A stretch of DNA of 64,000 bases, taken from an uncultured Bacilli bacterium (GTDB lineage: Bacteria; Bacillota_I; Bacilli_A; RF39; UBA660). Of this stretch, positions 19,646-29,278 are shown piece after piece. Position numbers and translations under genes: made by a program. Under the pieces are notes generated by a model, which searched no databases, was not told the DNA's origin, and saw only the letters and a program-made list of their open reading frames with translations. Location: positions 163,103-227,102 of the forward strand of contig CALVQK010000001.1 in the NCBI GenBank assembly GCA_944358305.1, written 5' to 3'. Within the stretch, counting starts at the first letter, position 1; each line of letters opens with the position of its first letter.

Positions 19646-21499
19646 ATGGAGAAAGATAATAAAAAGAAAAAAATAATTACTTTAGTAATAAGTATATTAA
19701 TAATAATAATATTGATTCTTGCAATAAGTTATGCTTACTTTTCTACTAGATTAAATGGATCAGATCAAATAGTAAAAGTAGGAGAGTTAGAACTAGTATT
19801 AAATGAAACAAGTGAAGGAATAACTTTGGATAATGCTATAGGATTAAGTGATGAAGATGGTATGAATTTAACACCATCAACATTTGAATTAAGAAATAAT
19901 GGAGATAAGGCCGTTGATTATACTATTTATTTAGATGACAATACAATTGATGATGCAGATACCAGAATAGACGATATGTATTTAAAATACAATCTAAATA
20001 AAAATGGTGCAGATAGTGGTGCGACTTTACTTACTAGAACAGGATCTAATCCAAATAGAGTGCTAGACTCTGGAACTATAGAAGGTGGAGTGACTAATAC
20101 ATATAGTTTAAACTTATGGATAACAGATGAAGTAGATGGAAACTATTCAGGCCAAGTATTTAGTGGAGTCTTAAGAGTAGAGGTTAGTCAAGAAAGAGCT
20201 ATGGAAGCAAGTACAGTATTGCTTGATAATATACCAGAAGATAATCTTTATGATGATGGAATAGATACCTTTATAACAGGCGAAGATCCAAATAATTATA
20301 TATGGTACTCAGGAAAGTTATGGAGAGCGGTGAGTGTTAATAATGAAACGAAGACAGTTAAATTAGTAACACAATGGAGTATAAGTTCTATTCCTTATTC
20401 AAATGGCAGTTCTAAATTTACAGGAAGTTATATGGAAGAATGGTTAAATGATACAAGTGTAGATGGTTTTTTAGGTAATTTAAGAGATCATGAGAACTTT
20501 ATAGTAACAGATGCAAAGTGGGATGCAACAATGGATAATCGAAGTCTAGGTAATATAACAAGACCAAATGGTACAACTGTAGTGACAGATGCTGTAGGTC
20601 TACTTAATATGTATGAATACCAGACAAGTTATACTGGAACTACCTATAGCAATGGATATTTAAATAACGAACTATGGTGGTGGACTTTGACTCCAAGCGA
20701 TAATAGTAGTATTAATGTTATATTTGAACCAGGGAATGTAGGACATAATGAGCCCGCTAGTTCTTTTGGTGTTCGTCCTTCAGTGATACTAAAATCAAGT
20801 ATAAATATAGTTGGTGGTAATGGAAGTGAATATGACCCTTATCGTTTAGATGGCGATAATGACAATAATTTGTCTGGCACATTACTTAATACAAGGTATA
20901 GTGGGGAATACATTAGTTTTGGACTGGGCGAGAATAATTTGTATAGAATAGTAAGCCATGAAACAGAAAAACTAACTAAGATAACAAGTGCTGAAGCTTT
21001 AAAAAAATCTGATGGGTTTGTACAAACAGCTTTTGGCAATGATATAACATTTTCCAAAAATAATGCAATAGGTAGTTTTTTAAATGGTGAATATTTAAAT
21101 AACTATGTTGATAAAAAGCAAAGTGATATGATAGAAGACAGCACTATATGGTATCTTGGAGCAGTAGGAGAAGGTACGTCATATAAATTAGCTAAATATA
21201 CAGATGTAAGTGGAAAAACATTAACTTCAAATAGTACAAGTACCAAAGTAGGGTTGTTAAGATTAGGTGAGTTGCTAGCGGGCCAAACTGACAAATATAT
21301 TAGTAATGCCCATTATTGGCTTTTGACACCATATGATAGTTCTAGAGTTCGTGACATTGGTAATAGTAGTGATTCTTATTTTCTTCCTGTTGGTTGGGCA
21401 GATTATGGCATCAAACCTGCATTAAACCTAAAATCAAATGTTATTATAACCTCAGGTGATGGCACAAAAGAAAATCCATTTGAAATTGCATTGCAATAG
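19646..21499 (+). CDS. N-terminally anchored surface protein, paralogue sharing the N-terminal module with 9701/44730/60656; two C-terminal RPxxNL..GxG..(D/N)P(Y/F) modules
   Basis: A TM anchor followed by SYAYFS...VGELELVLNE...EGITL, alignable to SYAMFT...TGNLTYKLEV...EGNTL of the other paralogues. Two C-terminal modules end GVRPSVILKS..GGNGSEYDPYRL and GIKPALNLKS..SGDGTKENPFEI. Confidence 0.55.
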   Translation: MEKDNKKKKIITLVISILIIIILILAISYAYFSTRLNGSDQIVKVGELELVLNETSEGITLDNAIGLSDEDGMNLTPSTFELRNNGDKAVDYTIYLDDNTIDDADTRIDDMYLKYNLNKNGADSGATLLTRTGSNPNRVLDSGTIEGGVTNTYSLNLWITDEVDGNYSGQVFSGVLRVEVSQERAMEASTVLLDNIPEDNLYDDGIDTFITGEDPNNYIWYSGKLWRAVSVNNETKTVKLVTQWSISSIPYSNGSSKFTGSYMEEWLNDTSVDGFLGNLRDHENFIVTDAKWDATMDNRSLGNITRPNGTTVVTDAVGLLNMYEYQTSYTGTTYSNGYLNNELWWWTLTPSDNSSINVIFEPGNVGHNEPASSFGVRPSVILKSSINIVGGNGSEYDPYRLDGDNDNNLSGTLLNTRYSGEYISFGLGENNLYRIVSHETEKLTKITSAEALKKSDGFVQTAFGNDITFSKNNAIGSFLNGEYLNNYVDKKQSDMIEDSTIWYLGAVGEGTSYKLAKYTDVSGKTLTSNSTSTKVGLLRLGELLAGQTDKYISNAHYWLLTPYDSSRVRDIGNSSDSYFLPVGWADYGIKPALNLKSNVIITSGDGTKENPFEIALQ

Positions 21500-21500
21500 T

Positions 21501-21533
21501 AAAGAGTGATGAATAAAAATTCATCACTCTTCT
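21501..21533. terminator. bidirectional terminator between convergent genes
   Basis: Perfect 13-bp inverted repeat AAGAGTGATGAAT-aaaa-ATTCATCACTCTT. Confidence 0.65.
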
Positions 21534-22174
21534 TCATTTGTTTGATTATCTTCTGTATTATCACTTTCTTCTTCAACTATTCTTCCAATTCTAAAGCTAT
21601 ACTTATGATCACTATCTTTATATTCTTTTAAACTAAACTCTAATCCCTGATATTGAAAGAATTCTGATGTTTCACTTTTATCATCACTAGTATTTCCTAA
21701 TGTTTCAAAGACTCTATCATAAACTAAATCTGCTGTCTCTTCTGTTATTTCTTCATTACTAGATCTTATCATATCATTAATTAAATCTTTTATATCATTA
21801 CTTTTCTTATCAAAGTTAATACTTATAATATTTATATTATTATCATCTTTTAAATTAAACTCTATTTCTATATCGTTGATTACAATTTTATTATCAATAA
21901 TACTATTTATATCAATGTCATCATCGCTAATTTCATTAAAATTATTTATAAAATCTTGTAATGAAATATCACTTATAGTATCAAGCTCTATTAAATCACT
22001 AAAGTCTTCATTCTGATATTTCTCTTCCATTGTTCTATGATCAATTATTGACTTAGTTATCTCTGTTGAAATAACATAACATAATATTCCTAAGATAATT
22101 GTAACTATTATAAGTATAACAATTTGTTTTTTAGTTAATTTTTGTTTTTCCTTTTTCTTTTTTTCTTTTTTCAT
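21524..22174 (-). CDS. hypothetical membrane-anchored protein with an acidic C-terminus
   Basis: Lys-rich N-terminus, one TM, then a D/E/N-rich region. No family recognised. Confidence 0.4.
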   Translation of the reverse strand: MKKEKKKKEKQKLTKKQIVILIIVTIILGILCYVISTEITKSIIDHRTMEEKYQNEDFSDLIELDTISDISLQDFINNFNEISDDDIDINSIIDNKIVINDIEIEFNLKDDNNINIISINFDKKSNDIKDLINDMIRSSNEEITEETADLVYDRVFETLGNTSDDKSETSEFFQYQGLEFSLKEYKDSDHKYSFRIGRIVEEESDNTEDNQTNEEE

Positions 22175-22271
22175 AGTACCACCTCTTTAATTATAACAGA
22201 TATTTACACTATAGTCCCTTATTTTTCTATATTTTTTAATCTAATCCTGTTATAATAATATTGGTGATAAT

Positions 22272-23174
22272 ATGAAATATTTAGCAATTGGACATGCTTC
22301 TTATGATATTACTTTTAGATTAGATAAGTTTCCAATAGAAAATACTAAACAAAGAGTGAATAAACATATAGATTGTGGTGGAGGTCCTGCTAGTAATGCT
22401 GGTTACTTATTGGCATTGTGGGATCAGTCTGTATCATTTCAAGGAGTAGTAGGTAATGACTATTATGGTAATAAAATAAAAGAGGAATTTCAAAGAGTAG
22501 GAGTAGATACTACTTATTTAGAATTAGTTGAAGGATTTGATACTATGTTAAGCTTCATTATCGCTAATTCTACTAATGCTAGTAGAACTATTCTTACAAG
22601 TCAAGATGATACAGTACCTAAATGTAGTTTATCTAATGATAATAAGTATGATGTTATCTTAGTAGATGGCGAAGAGGAAGAGATGAGTAAAAAGATTCTT
22701 CTAAATAATAAAGATGCTGTTAAGATAATAGATGCTGGAACATGTAAACCTGGAACCGTTAATTTATGTCCTTATGTAGATTACCTTGTCTGCTCTAAAA
22801 ACTTTGCCTTAGACTATACTAAACTTGAATATGATGGAAGTATGGAAAGTTTAATTAAAATTCATAATAAATTAACAGAAGACTTCCATAATACAGTTGT
22901 TATAACCTTAGAAGATAAAGGCTGTTTTACTAAAATAGGTGAAGAATATAAACTAATACCTAGTATTAAAGTAAAATCCGTTGATACAACAGGCGCAGGA
23001 GATATATTCCATGGAGCATTTACTTACTTTATAACTCATAATTATTCCCTTTTGGATACATGTCGTCTTTCTAATATCACAGGTGCCTTATCTACTTTAA
23101 GAGTAGGAGGACGTTATTCTATTCCAAACTTAGAAGCAGTCTTAGAAAGAAGTAATTTAATTGATACTATCTAG
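22272..23174 (+). CDS. PfkB-family carbohydrate kinase (ribokinase-like)
   Basis: C-terminal PfkB signature DTTGAGDIFHGAF. N-terminal GG dipeptide (CGGGPASNAG). Confidence 0.7.
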   Translation: MKYLAIGHASYDITFRLDKFPIENTKQRVNKHIDCGGGPASNAGYLLALWDQSVSFQGVVGNDYYGNKIKEEFQRVGVDTTYLELVEGFDTMLSFIIANSTNASRTILTSQDDTVPKCSLSNDNKYDVILVDGEEEEMSKKILLNNKDAVKIIDAGTCKPGTVNLCPYVDYLVCSKNFALDYTKLEYDGSMESLIKIHNKLTEDFHNTVVITLEDKGCFTKIGEEYKLIPSIKVKSVDTTGAGDIFHGAFTYFITHNYSLLDTCRLSNITGALSTLRVGGRYSIPNLEAVLERSNLIDTI

Positions 23175-23418
23175 TTACCCAAAACTTGATTTACATGGCA
23201 TGGATAGAGAATATGCAACCTTCAAAGTAAAAGAATTTATTGATGACTGCTATAAACTAAAATACGAAAAAATAGTTATAATCCATGGCATTGGAACAGG
23301 AATACTAAAAGATGCTGTTAGAAGTTACTTGCAAAAAGATAAAAGAGTGTTAGAATATAAATTAGATTTTATGAATCCAGGCTGTACAATTGTAAGCTTA
23401 AAATTTGACAATCCTTAG
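23161..23418 (+). CDS. Smr (small MutS-related) domain protein
   Basis: LDLHGM motif and the Smr-domain length. Start is uncertain (TTG 23161 overlaps the upstream stop). Confidence 0.5.
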   Translation: MILSSYPKLDLHGMDREYATFKVKEFIDDCYKLKYEKIVIIHGIGTGILKDAVRSYLQKDKRVLEYKLDFMNPGCTIVSLKFDNP

Positions 23419-23464
23419 GTTTTGTGGTATAATATGGCCAGCTTAAGGAAAAGGGGGATTTTAG

Positions 23465-24493
23465 ATGTATACAGAAGAAAATCAAAGAGGCAGATTTCCA
23501 TTAAGAGATATTTTATTAAAAGCTATTATAGTTATAATTTTTATAATTTTAATTATTTTTATCATTACAAGACTTACTACACCAAATAATAGTAATAACA
23601 GTAATAGCGTAAATTCTAATTATGATCAAGTATTTAGTGAAAATTTAAAAGCAATGGAAGATGCTGCCTATAGTTATTATACAGAAGAAAGATTACCAAA
23701 AGAAGTTGGAGATATTAATGAATTAACTCTAAGAGAAATGATAAATTCTAATCTTTTAGAAGCATTTACTGATGCAGATGGTAATTCATGTGATGTTAAT
23801 GCTAGTTATATCAGATTAACAAAAAATGAAGAAGATTACACTTTAAGAGTAAATCTTAAATGTAATGAAAAAGAAGATTATTCCCTTACAAAGGTAGGAG
23901 AATATGACTATTGTGAACATGATATATGTAAAAGAGATAGTAGTAAAGAAAACGAAGAAACAGCTAAAGAAGAAGATAACGAAGTAACTGATGAAGTAGA
24001 TATTACAGAAGAAACAGAGACTACCACTACTCCAGCTACTAATAACAGTAATACTAATAATAATACTGGAACTACTAATAACAGTACATCTAATAATAAT
24101 AGCAATACTGGAGGTAGTAGTGGTTCTAGTGGTAATTCAAATAATACATCTAATAATACACCGCAAGTAATAACAATGTATGAATATAGAAAAGTAACAG
24201 ATCCTGTTTTATCAGGATGGAGTGCTTGGAGTAGTTGGGCTTATAATACAGAAAGATATAGTGCTATTAAATGTGGTACTACTGATGCCAATTGTTTAAG
24301 AGAAGTTCAATTATATTCACGAAGAGAACAAGTAGGAACAAGTAATGGTAGACCAGTTTATGGTACAGTTAATTACTATAGTTATAGAACAAGAACCTTA
24401 ATTAGTAGTGGTTCTACTGATACAAAATGGAGTACTTATAATGACCAAAGCTTATTAAGCCAAGGTTATACTTATACAGGAAATACCAGATAG
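23465..24493 (+). CDS. hypothetical N-anchored secreted protein (N/S/T-rich linker, Cys-containing C-terminal domain)
   Basis: N-terminal TM, low-complexity T/N/S region and a C-terminal W/Y-rich domain. Confidence 0.4.
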   Translation: MYTEENQRGRFPLRDILLKAIIVIIFIILIIFIITRLTTPNNSNNSNSVNSNYDQVFSENLKAMEDAAYSYYTEERLPKEVGDINELTLREMINSNLLEAFTDADGNSCDVNASYIRLTKNEEDYTLRVNLKCNEKEDYSLTKVGEYDYCEHDICKRDSSKENEETAKEEDNEVTDEVDITEETETTTTPATNNSNTNNNTGTTNNSTSNNNSNTGGSSGSSGNSNNTSNNTPQVITMYEYRKVTDPVLSGWSAWSSWAYNTERYSAIKCGTTDANCLREVQLYSRREQVGTSNGRPVYGTVNYYSYRTRTLISSGSTDTKWSTYNDQSLLSQGYTYTGNTR

Positions 24494-24503
24494 GAGTGAT
24501 AAT

Positions 24504-26162
24504 ATGGGTAAAATAAGAGGACTTTATCGTTTTAAAACTTCAGACATAAATGATCATGCTAAATTAGCATATTGTTATGTTGAAGAAAATGAGTATGGTA
24601 ACTTAGAATATCATTTTACAGAGGATTTATCAATAATAAGAAAAATCTTTGTAAGATATGCTGAGGATAACGGTTATACCAAAGCAGATTTAAATAATAT
24701 TCAAGATCATAAGCACTTTGATTTGAACTGTTCATCTCCTAAAAATGTTTTTGATAAAATAAGAGAAGCGAACAGCGATAAGAATTTATCTATTGAAGAT
24801 TTTGCTAGTAGTTTTGTTCATTCTACAGTTGATCCTCTTAATCTAAATCCTTCTGAATCTGCAGAAGCAGAAGAAGAGTTAGAATTAGATATAGATGATG
24901 CTGAGGACTTAGATGATGATTTTGATGATGAGGAAGATTTAGATGAAAAGGACAAATTCCCAACTCGTGTCCGCAAATTCTTTAGTAATAAATTAACTAC
25001 TTTGAAAAATAAATGGAATAGTTTAAATCCAAGAACAAAAGTTGGCTTTATTGGCGCTGGTATGGCTGCTTTAAGTGTTGCTATTGCTATCGGAGCAAGT
25101 GTAGCTGTTAATAAATTTGGTGGCCCAACCGCTACAAATAGTAGAGTCGCTTCTGTAACAGATGATAATGATAAAGATAAAAACAAAGATCAAAATGATA
25201 AAAAAGATGAACAAGAAACTAAAGATGAAGATCAAAAAGAGAAAGAAAATGAAGCTAGTAAACAAAATACAGATGGTTCTAGCCAAACATCTAATGATAA
25301 CTCTTACAGCCAAGCCTCATCTAATGGCAACTCTAATTCTGGCTCAGGTTCATCATCAAATGGTGGTGGTTCATCAAGTGGTGGAACTTCTGGAGGCGGA
25401 TCAACTGGTTCTACAACAACTCCAGGAAGTATAAATGAAGATGTTCCAGTTTTCCAAAACCCTGACGAGTCACTAGATAATTCTAATAATGGTGGTTCAT
25501 CTGATGGAGAGACAGAAGATCCTTATGAAAATGTTAATGAAGGAGAACAAGATACCAATATAGGAGAAGGTGAACAGCCTGATCAAGATGAAGATTATAG
25601 TGAAGAGATTGATGTTCCACCTTCAACTGAAGATAAAGATAATGTCGATAAAGATGATGTTGATTTCAACGATGAACTTACAGGAAATGAAGATGCTGTA
25701 GATGACGATGATCTAAGCTATGATATGGATGTACCATTAGATCAAGGTGATTCTGAAGATTATGAAGTAGTTACTCCAGCACCACTTCCAGATCCTAATG
25801 ATACAGCAGTAGCTGGAGATGGTGATTATAATACAACAGAAGATGAATTAAATAATGTAACAGAAGAAGAAGTTAATACTACAACACCTACTACACCAGA
25901 TCAAAGTCAAACAGAAGACTATAGCGAGGAAATAGATGTTGTTCCAGTAACTCAAGAATTAGTAGAACCAGAAGGACAATATGTAGATCAGGATGCGGAG
26001 TTAGCTGCAAGACAAGAAGCCAATGCTAATGCTGTAGAACAAGCTGTTAATGAAATGGCTGAAGGTAATGATGTTAGCTTAATATTTAATGATCAAACAG
26101 GTACCGTAAGTATCCAGCAAAATACAACTACTAACACACAAACAAATAGTATGACAAAATAG
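24504..26162 (+). CDS. hypothetical single-pass membrane protein with acidic and S/G/N/D-rich low-complexity regions
   Basis: A roughly 100-aa globular N-terminal domain, an acidic stretch, a TM (VGFIGAGMAALSVAIAIGASVAV) and a long D/E/S/G/N-rich exterior region. Confidence 0.4.
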   Translation: MGKIRGLYRFKTSDINDHAKLAYCYVEENEYGNLEYHFTEDLSIIRKIFVRYAEDNGYTKADLNNIQDHKHFDLNCSSPKNVFDKIREANSDKNLSIEDFASSFVHSTVDPLNLNPSESAEAEEELELDIDDAEDLDDDFDDEEDLDEKDKFPTRVRKFFSNKLTTLKNKWNSLNPRTKVGFIGAGMAALSVAIAIGASVAVNKFGGPTATNSRVASVTDDNDKDKNKDQNDKKDEQETKDEDQKEKENEASKQNTDGSSQTSNDNSYSQASSNGNSNSGSGSSSNGGGSSSGGTSGGGSTGSTTTPGSINEDVPVFQNPDESLDNSNNGGSSDGETEDPYENVNEGEQDTNIGEGEQPDQDEDYSEEIDVPPSTEDKDNVDKDDVDFNDELTGNEDAVDDDDLSYDMDVPLDQGDSEDYEVVTPAPLPDPNDTAVAGDGDYNTTEDELNNVTEEEVNTTTPTTPDQSQTEDYSEEIDVVPVTQELVEPEGQYVDQDAELAARQEANANAVEQAVNEMAEGNDVSLIFNDQTGTVSIQQNTTTNTQTNSMTK

Positions 26163-26219
26163 TTTTACTATTTGTTTTTTCTTTGGTATAATTTAAGTAA
26201 AGAATAGGAAGTGGTGTTT

Positions 26220-28124
26220 ATGAATTATAGTTTTGATTTACTAACAGAGCTTGATGATAATAGAAATGAAATAGAGGTCTTTATTGATTCTTCTAACACC
26301 GCTATAGATAGTGAAAGAATAACTGAACTTACAACTATAATTAACCAACTATTAGGGCATTTTAATCAACTTTTAGTTAGAGTACAAGATATTATCCCTA
26401 AAGAAGATATTGATAATAATATAAAATTAGCCAAAGAAATAGAAAATAAATTAAAAGAGATAGAAATAAAAAAACCAAAAGATAAAGTAGAATCACTAAT
26501 AGCAATATATAATAATTTAAGAAACCATTATGATAATTTAACTGCCAAAATATTAACTTACATAAAAACAAGTGATACTATTTCCTCTTATAACAAACTA
26601 GTAATAAAAGCTAATGAGAATATTGTTGCCCTAAATAACTTAGATCTTTCTAAAGATATAATAGATGAAATATCTTCTCTTTATAATGAATTAAAAAATA
26701 GTAATGATCTTTCTAAAATAAATAATTTTATCAATAAGACTAATGACATAATAAAAGAATATACTACTAGCGATTTAAATGAAAAAAAAGGAAAACCATC
26801 AGAACGTATTTTTTCTCTTTTCGCTAAAATAAACGACCAAATAATAGACTCATTATTTCTCCCTAAAGACAACTTAGTTTATGCTTCATATATTCTAGAA
26901 GATAAAAGTAAATATTATGCTATTATAAAAGAAGAAAAAGAAATAGCTATATTAGATCAAAGCTTTACTAATTTGCCAAATTTAGTATTAACTAAAGACA
27001 ATATAATAGATACCTGTAAAACTATTATTAAAAATGCAGGTATATATTATGATATAAATGAGTACATGCGTTATATTGAAAAAAGTTATAAAACTAAAAT
27101 GACTAAAGAAATAGATGAATTAGTGCTTAAATATAAAGTAAGATTAAAAGAATTAGAAAAAAACATTAATAGCCAATTATCTTTTATTGATGATATAGCA
27201 CTTATAGTTAATAAAATGCCTTGTAAGAAGTATCCTAATATTAAATATAATGATGTAAAAGTAGAAGAGTATTTCCCTAATTATGAAGAAGAACCTGATA
27301 GTAAAGCTAAAGAAATAAAACGTCTTATAATAGAAGTTTTATTAAATCCTAATATTAAAAGCGAGTTCGATACTAAAAGTATTTTAAAGACATTATATGA
27401 TAAAGATACAATTGCCTCTCTTCTTAAAAGTGATTATAAACCAAATAATACAATTCCTATAGTTAATACAGATAATAATATTAATATAGATACTGATTTA
27501 ACTAATCCTCTTAAAACTAATTCTGAAAAAATAAATACTTATCTAAATAATAGACTTGATGAGTTAGAGCTTCTTAAAAGTAGTCCTAAGATAAATGTTA
27601 CAATTACTAAATATGATGATGTTTTATATAAAGATATAAATACTATATTAGATCTTATAACAGCAGGTGTAATATGTGATAAAGTTTATAAAAAAGGGCA
27701 AGGAGACTATGCAATATTAGATTATTTAAAAACTGGCAATAATTTAAAGTTCACTTCAAAATATAAAGCTAGAGTCTTAGCCACTAGTATAAATAGAGAT
27801 AGTTATCTAAAACTATTATTAGAAAATATTCTAAAAAAATATATTTATATAACTTCATCTAATGGTAAAGACATTATAATAGATTATTTAACACCTCTTT
27901 TAACTAAAGAGAAAATATTACCTAAAGATATACTAAACGATTTACTTAATAATGAAGAAATGTTAAAAAACTGCATCAAACACTTTGATTATGATTTTCT
28001 TAATCCTTTATCAGATAAATCTCTAAAAGTAGAAAAAATAGGTAAAGAAAGTAATGATATAAATATCAGTAAAGCAAATGATATGTTAGTAGAATTAAAA
28101 AAAATAGATAACATACTTAATTAA
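26220..28124 (+). CDS. hypothetical protein (K/N/I-rich, predicted helical)
   Basis: Long ORF with RBS AGGAAG. No recognisable family. Confidence 0.4.
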   Translation: MNYSFDLLTELDDNRNEIEVFIDSSNTAIDSERITELTTIINQLLGHFNQLLVRVQDIIPKEDIDNNIKLAKEIENKLKEIEIKKPKDKVESLIAIYNNLRNHYDNLTAKILTYIKTSDTISSYNKLVIKANENIVALNNLDLSKDIIDEISSLYNELKNSNDLSKINNFINKTNDIIKEYTTSDLNEKKGKPSERIFSLFAKINDQIIDSLFLPKDNLVYASYILEDKSKYYAIIKEEKEIAILDQSFTNLPNLVLTKDNIIDTCKTIIKNAGIYYDINEYMRYIEKSYKTKMTKEIDELVLKYKVRLKELEKNINSQLSFIDDIALIVNKMPCKKYPNIKYNDVKVEEYFPNYEEEPDSKAKEIKRLIIEVLLNPNIKSEFDTKSILKTLYDKDTIASLLKSDYKPNNTIPIVNTDNNINIDTDLTNPLKTNSEKINTYLNNRLDELELLKSSPKINVTITKYDDVLYKDINTILDLITAGVICDKVYKKGQGDYAILDYLKTGNNLKFTSKYKARVLATSINRDSYLKLLLENILKKYIYITSSNGKDIIIDYLTPLLTKEKILPKDILNDLLNNEEMLKNCIKHFDYDFLNPLSDKSLKVEKIGKESNDINISKANDMLVELKKIDNILN

Positions 28125-28137
28125 GGAGAAGAATAGA

Positions 28138-28274
28138 ATGGAGTTACTAAACTATAAAAACATCACTTATACTATAAAATCTATCTTCTTCTTTCTGCTT
28201 TAGCTAAAAGTCTTTTAAATACCTTTAATTGCATTTATCTATATAAACAAGGATATTCAGTCAGTGAAATCGCT
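28138..28274 (+). pseudogene. frameshifted N-terminal segment of the membrane-protein paralogue
   Basis: ATG 28138 reads MELLNYKNITYTIKSIFFFLL then stops. The continuation (LSALAKSLLNTFNCIYLYKQGYSVSEIALW) is in the frame of the 28275 ORF, and it aligns to the intact N-terminus of the downstream paralogue. Confidence 0.5.
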
Positions 28275-29258
28275 TTGTGGCTTATAGTTGTTTATATTGG
28301 TTATATAATTTTTCAACCATTATTAATTAAATATAATCATAAGCTTACAAATAAGAAAACTATAATTATCTCTTTCTTCTTTTTCTTATGTACATATGTA
28401 CAATTGATTTTTTGTCTTCATACAACCTTTGATTTAATTATTAATGCCATTCTTTTTTCATGTTATGCTGGAACATACTGGAATTTAAGACATAATCTTG
28501 AATTTAAAACTTTAAATGAAAATAGAATAGGTAGGAAAGTAGGAATACTCATAATTATTACGCAAATAGCAGATATTACCGCAGGTATCATCTCTGCTTT
28601 AATACTAGATAATTTTAGTATTATACCTTTATTTATAATTTCAACTATTTTAATGATCATATCTATTATCTATATTTTTTTAGTTAAAGAAAAAAGAAGA
28701 AAGAAAACTAAAGATAATATATTAAAATACTTTAAGACAGTTCCAAAAACAACATTATTTCATATTTTTCTCAAGGAAGCCTCAACCGTCATGAGTCAAC
28801 TTTTTTCTCTTTATCTTTTCATCTATGTATCAAACACTTATAGTTTTGCAGGCCTTGCCAACTTTTTCTTAGGCTTAGCAGGAATTATATTTACTTACTT
28901 CTTATCAAAGAAAATAGATGAAAATAGAGAAAAATACTTACTACTAAGTGTTGTTTTAATATGTACAATTTATTTATTAAAAATAAATATAACTTCAGAA
29001 CTTGTTTTAATTATTGTCTTTATAGAAGGTTTTATAAAACAGTTTTATAAAGTTGTTACTAGTAATAACTATTATTTACTAGGCCATAAGTTAGATAAAA
29101 TTACCTATATTTGTGGCAATGAATTATTTGTTAATATTTCAAGAATAATTATTATTTTAATTGGATTCTTCTTAACAGGAAGCTTACCTAAATTAATGTA
29201 CTTTTGTATAGGTCTATTAATTTTATCAGGATTTGTACCTTTTAAAACTAAAAAATAA
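28275..29258 (+). CDS. polytopic membrane protein, tandem paralogue 1 (N-terminus disrupted by frameshift)
   Basis: About 10 TM segments and about 80% identity to the downstream paralogue, with identical blocks (KYFKTVPKTTLFHIFLKEASTVMS; SNTYSFAGLANFFLGLAGIIFTYFLSKKIDE). Confidence 0.5.
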   Translation: MWLIVVYIGYIIFQPLLIKYNHKLTNKKTIIISFFFFLCTYVQLIFCLHTTFDLIINAILFSCYAGTYWNLRHNLEFKTLNENRIGRKVGILIIITQIADITAGIISALILDNFSIIPLFIISTILMIISIIYIFLVKEKRRKKTKDNILKYFKTVPKTTLFHIFLKEASTVMSQLFSLYLFIYVSNTYSFAGLANFFLGLAGIIFTYFLSKKIDENREKYLLLSVVLICTIYLLKINITSELVLIIVFIEGFIKQFYKVVTSNNYYLLGHKLDKITYICGNELFVNISRIIIILIGFFLTGSLPKLMYFCIGLLILSGFVPFKTKK

Positions 29259-29278
29259 TCAAGATAGGAATGATAAAA

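Noticed and set aside
23908-25434. Antisense and alternate-frame ORFs (23908-24105 -, 24818-25186 -, 25071-25313 -, 25162-25434 +) inside the low-complexity surface-protein genes
   Set aside because: Their translations are low-complexity (poly-L/V/S or K/M-rich), they lack RBSs, and they are fully embedded in longer sense ORFs. They are artefacts of repetitive codon composition.
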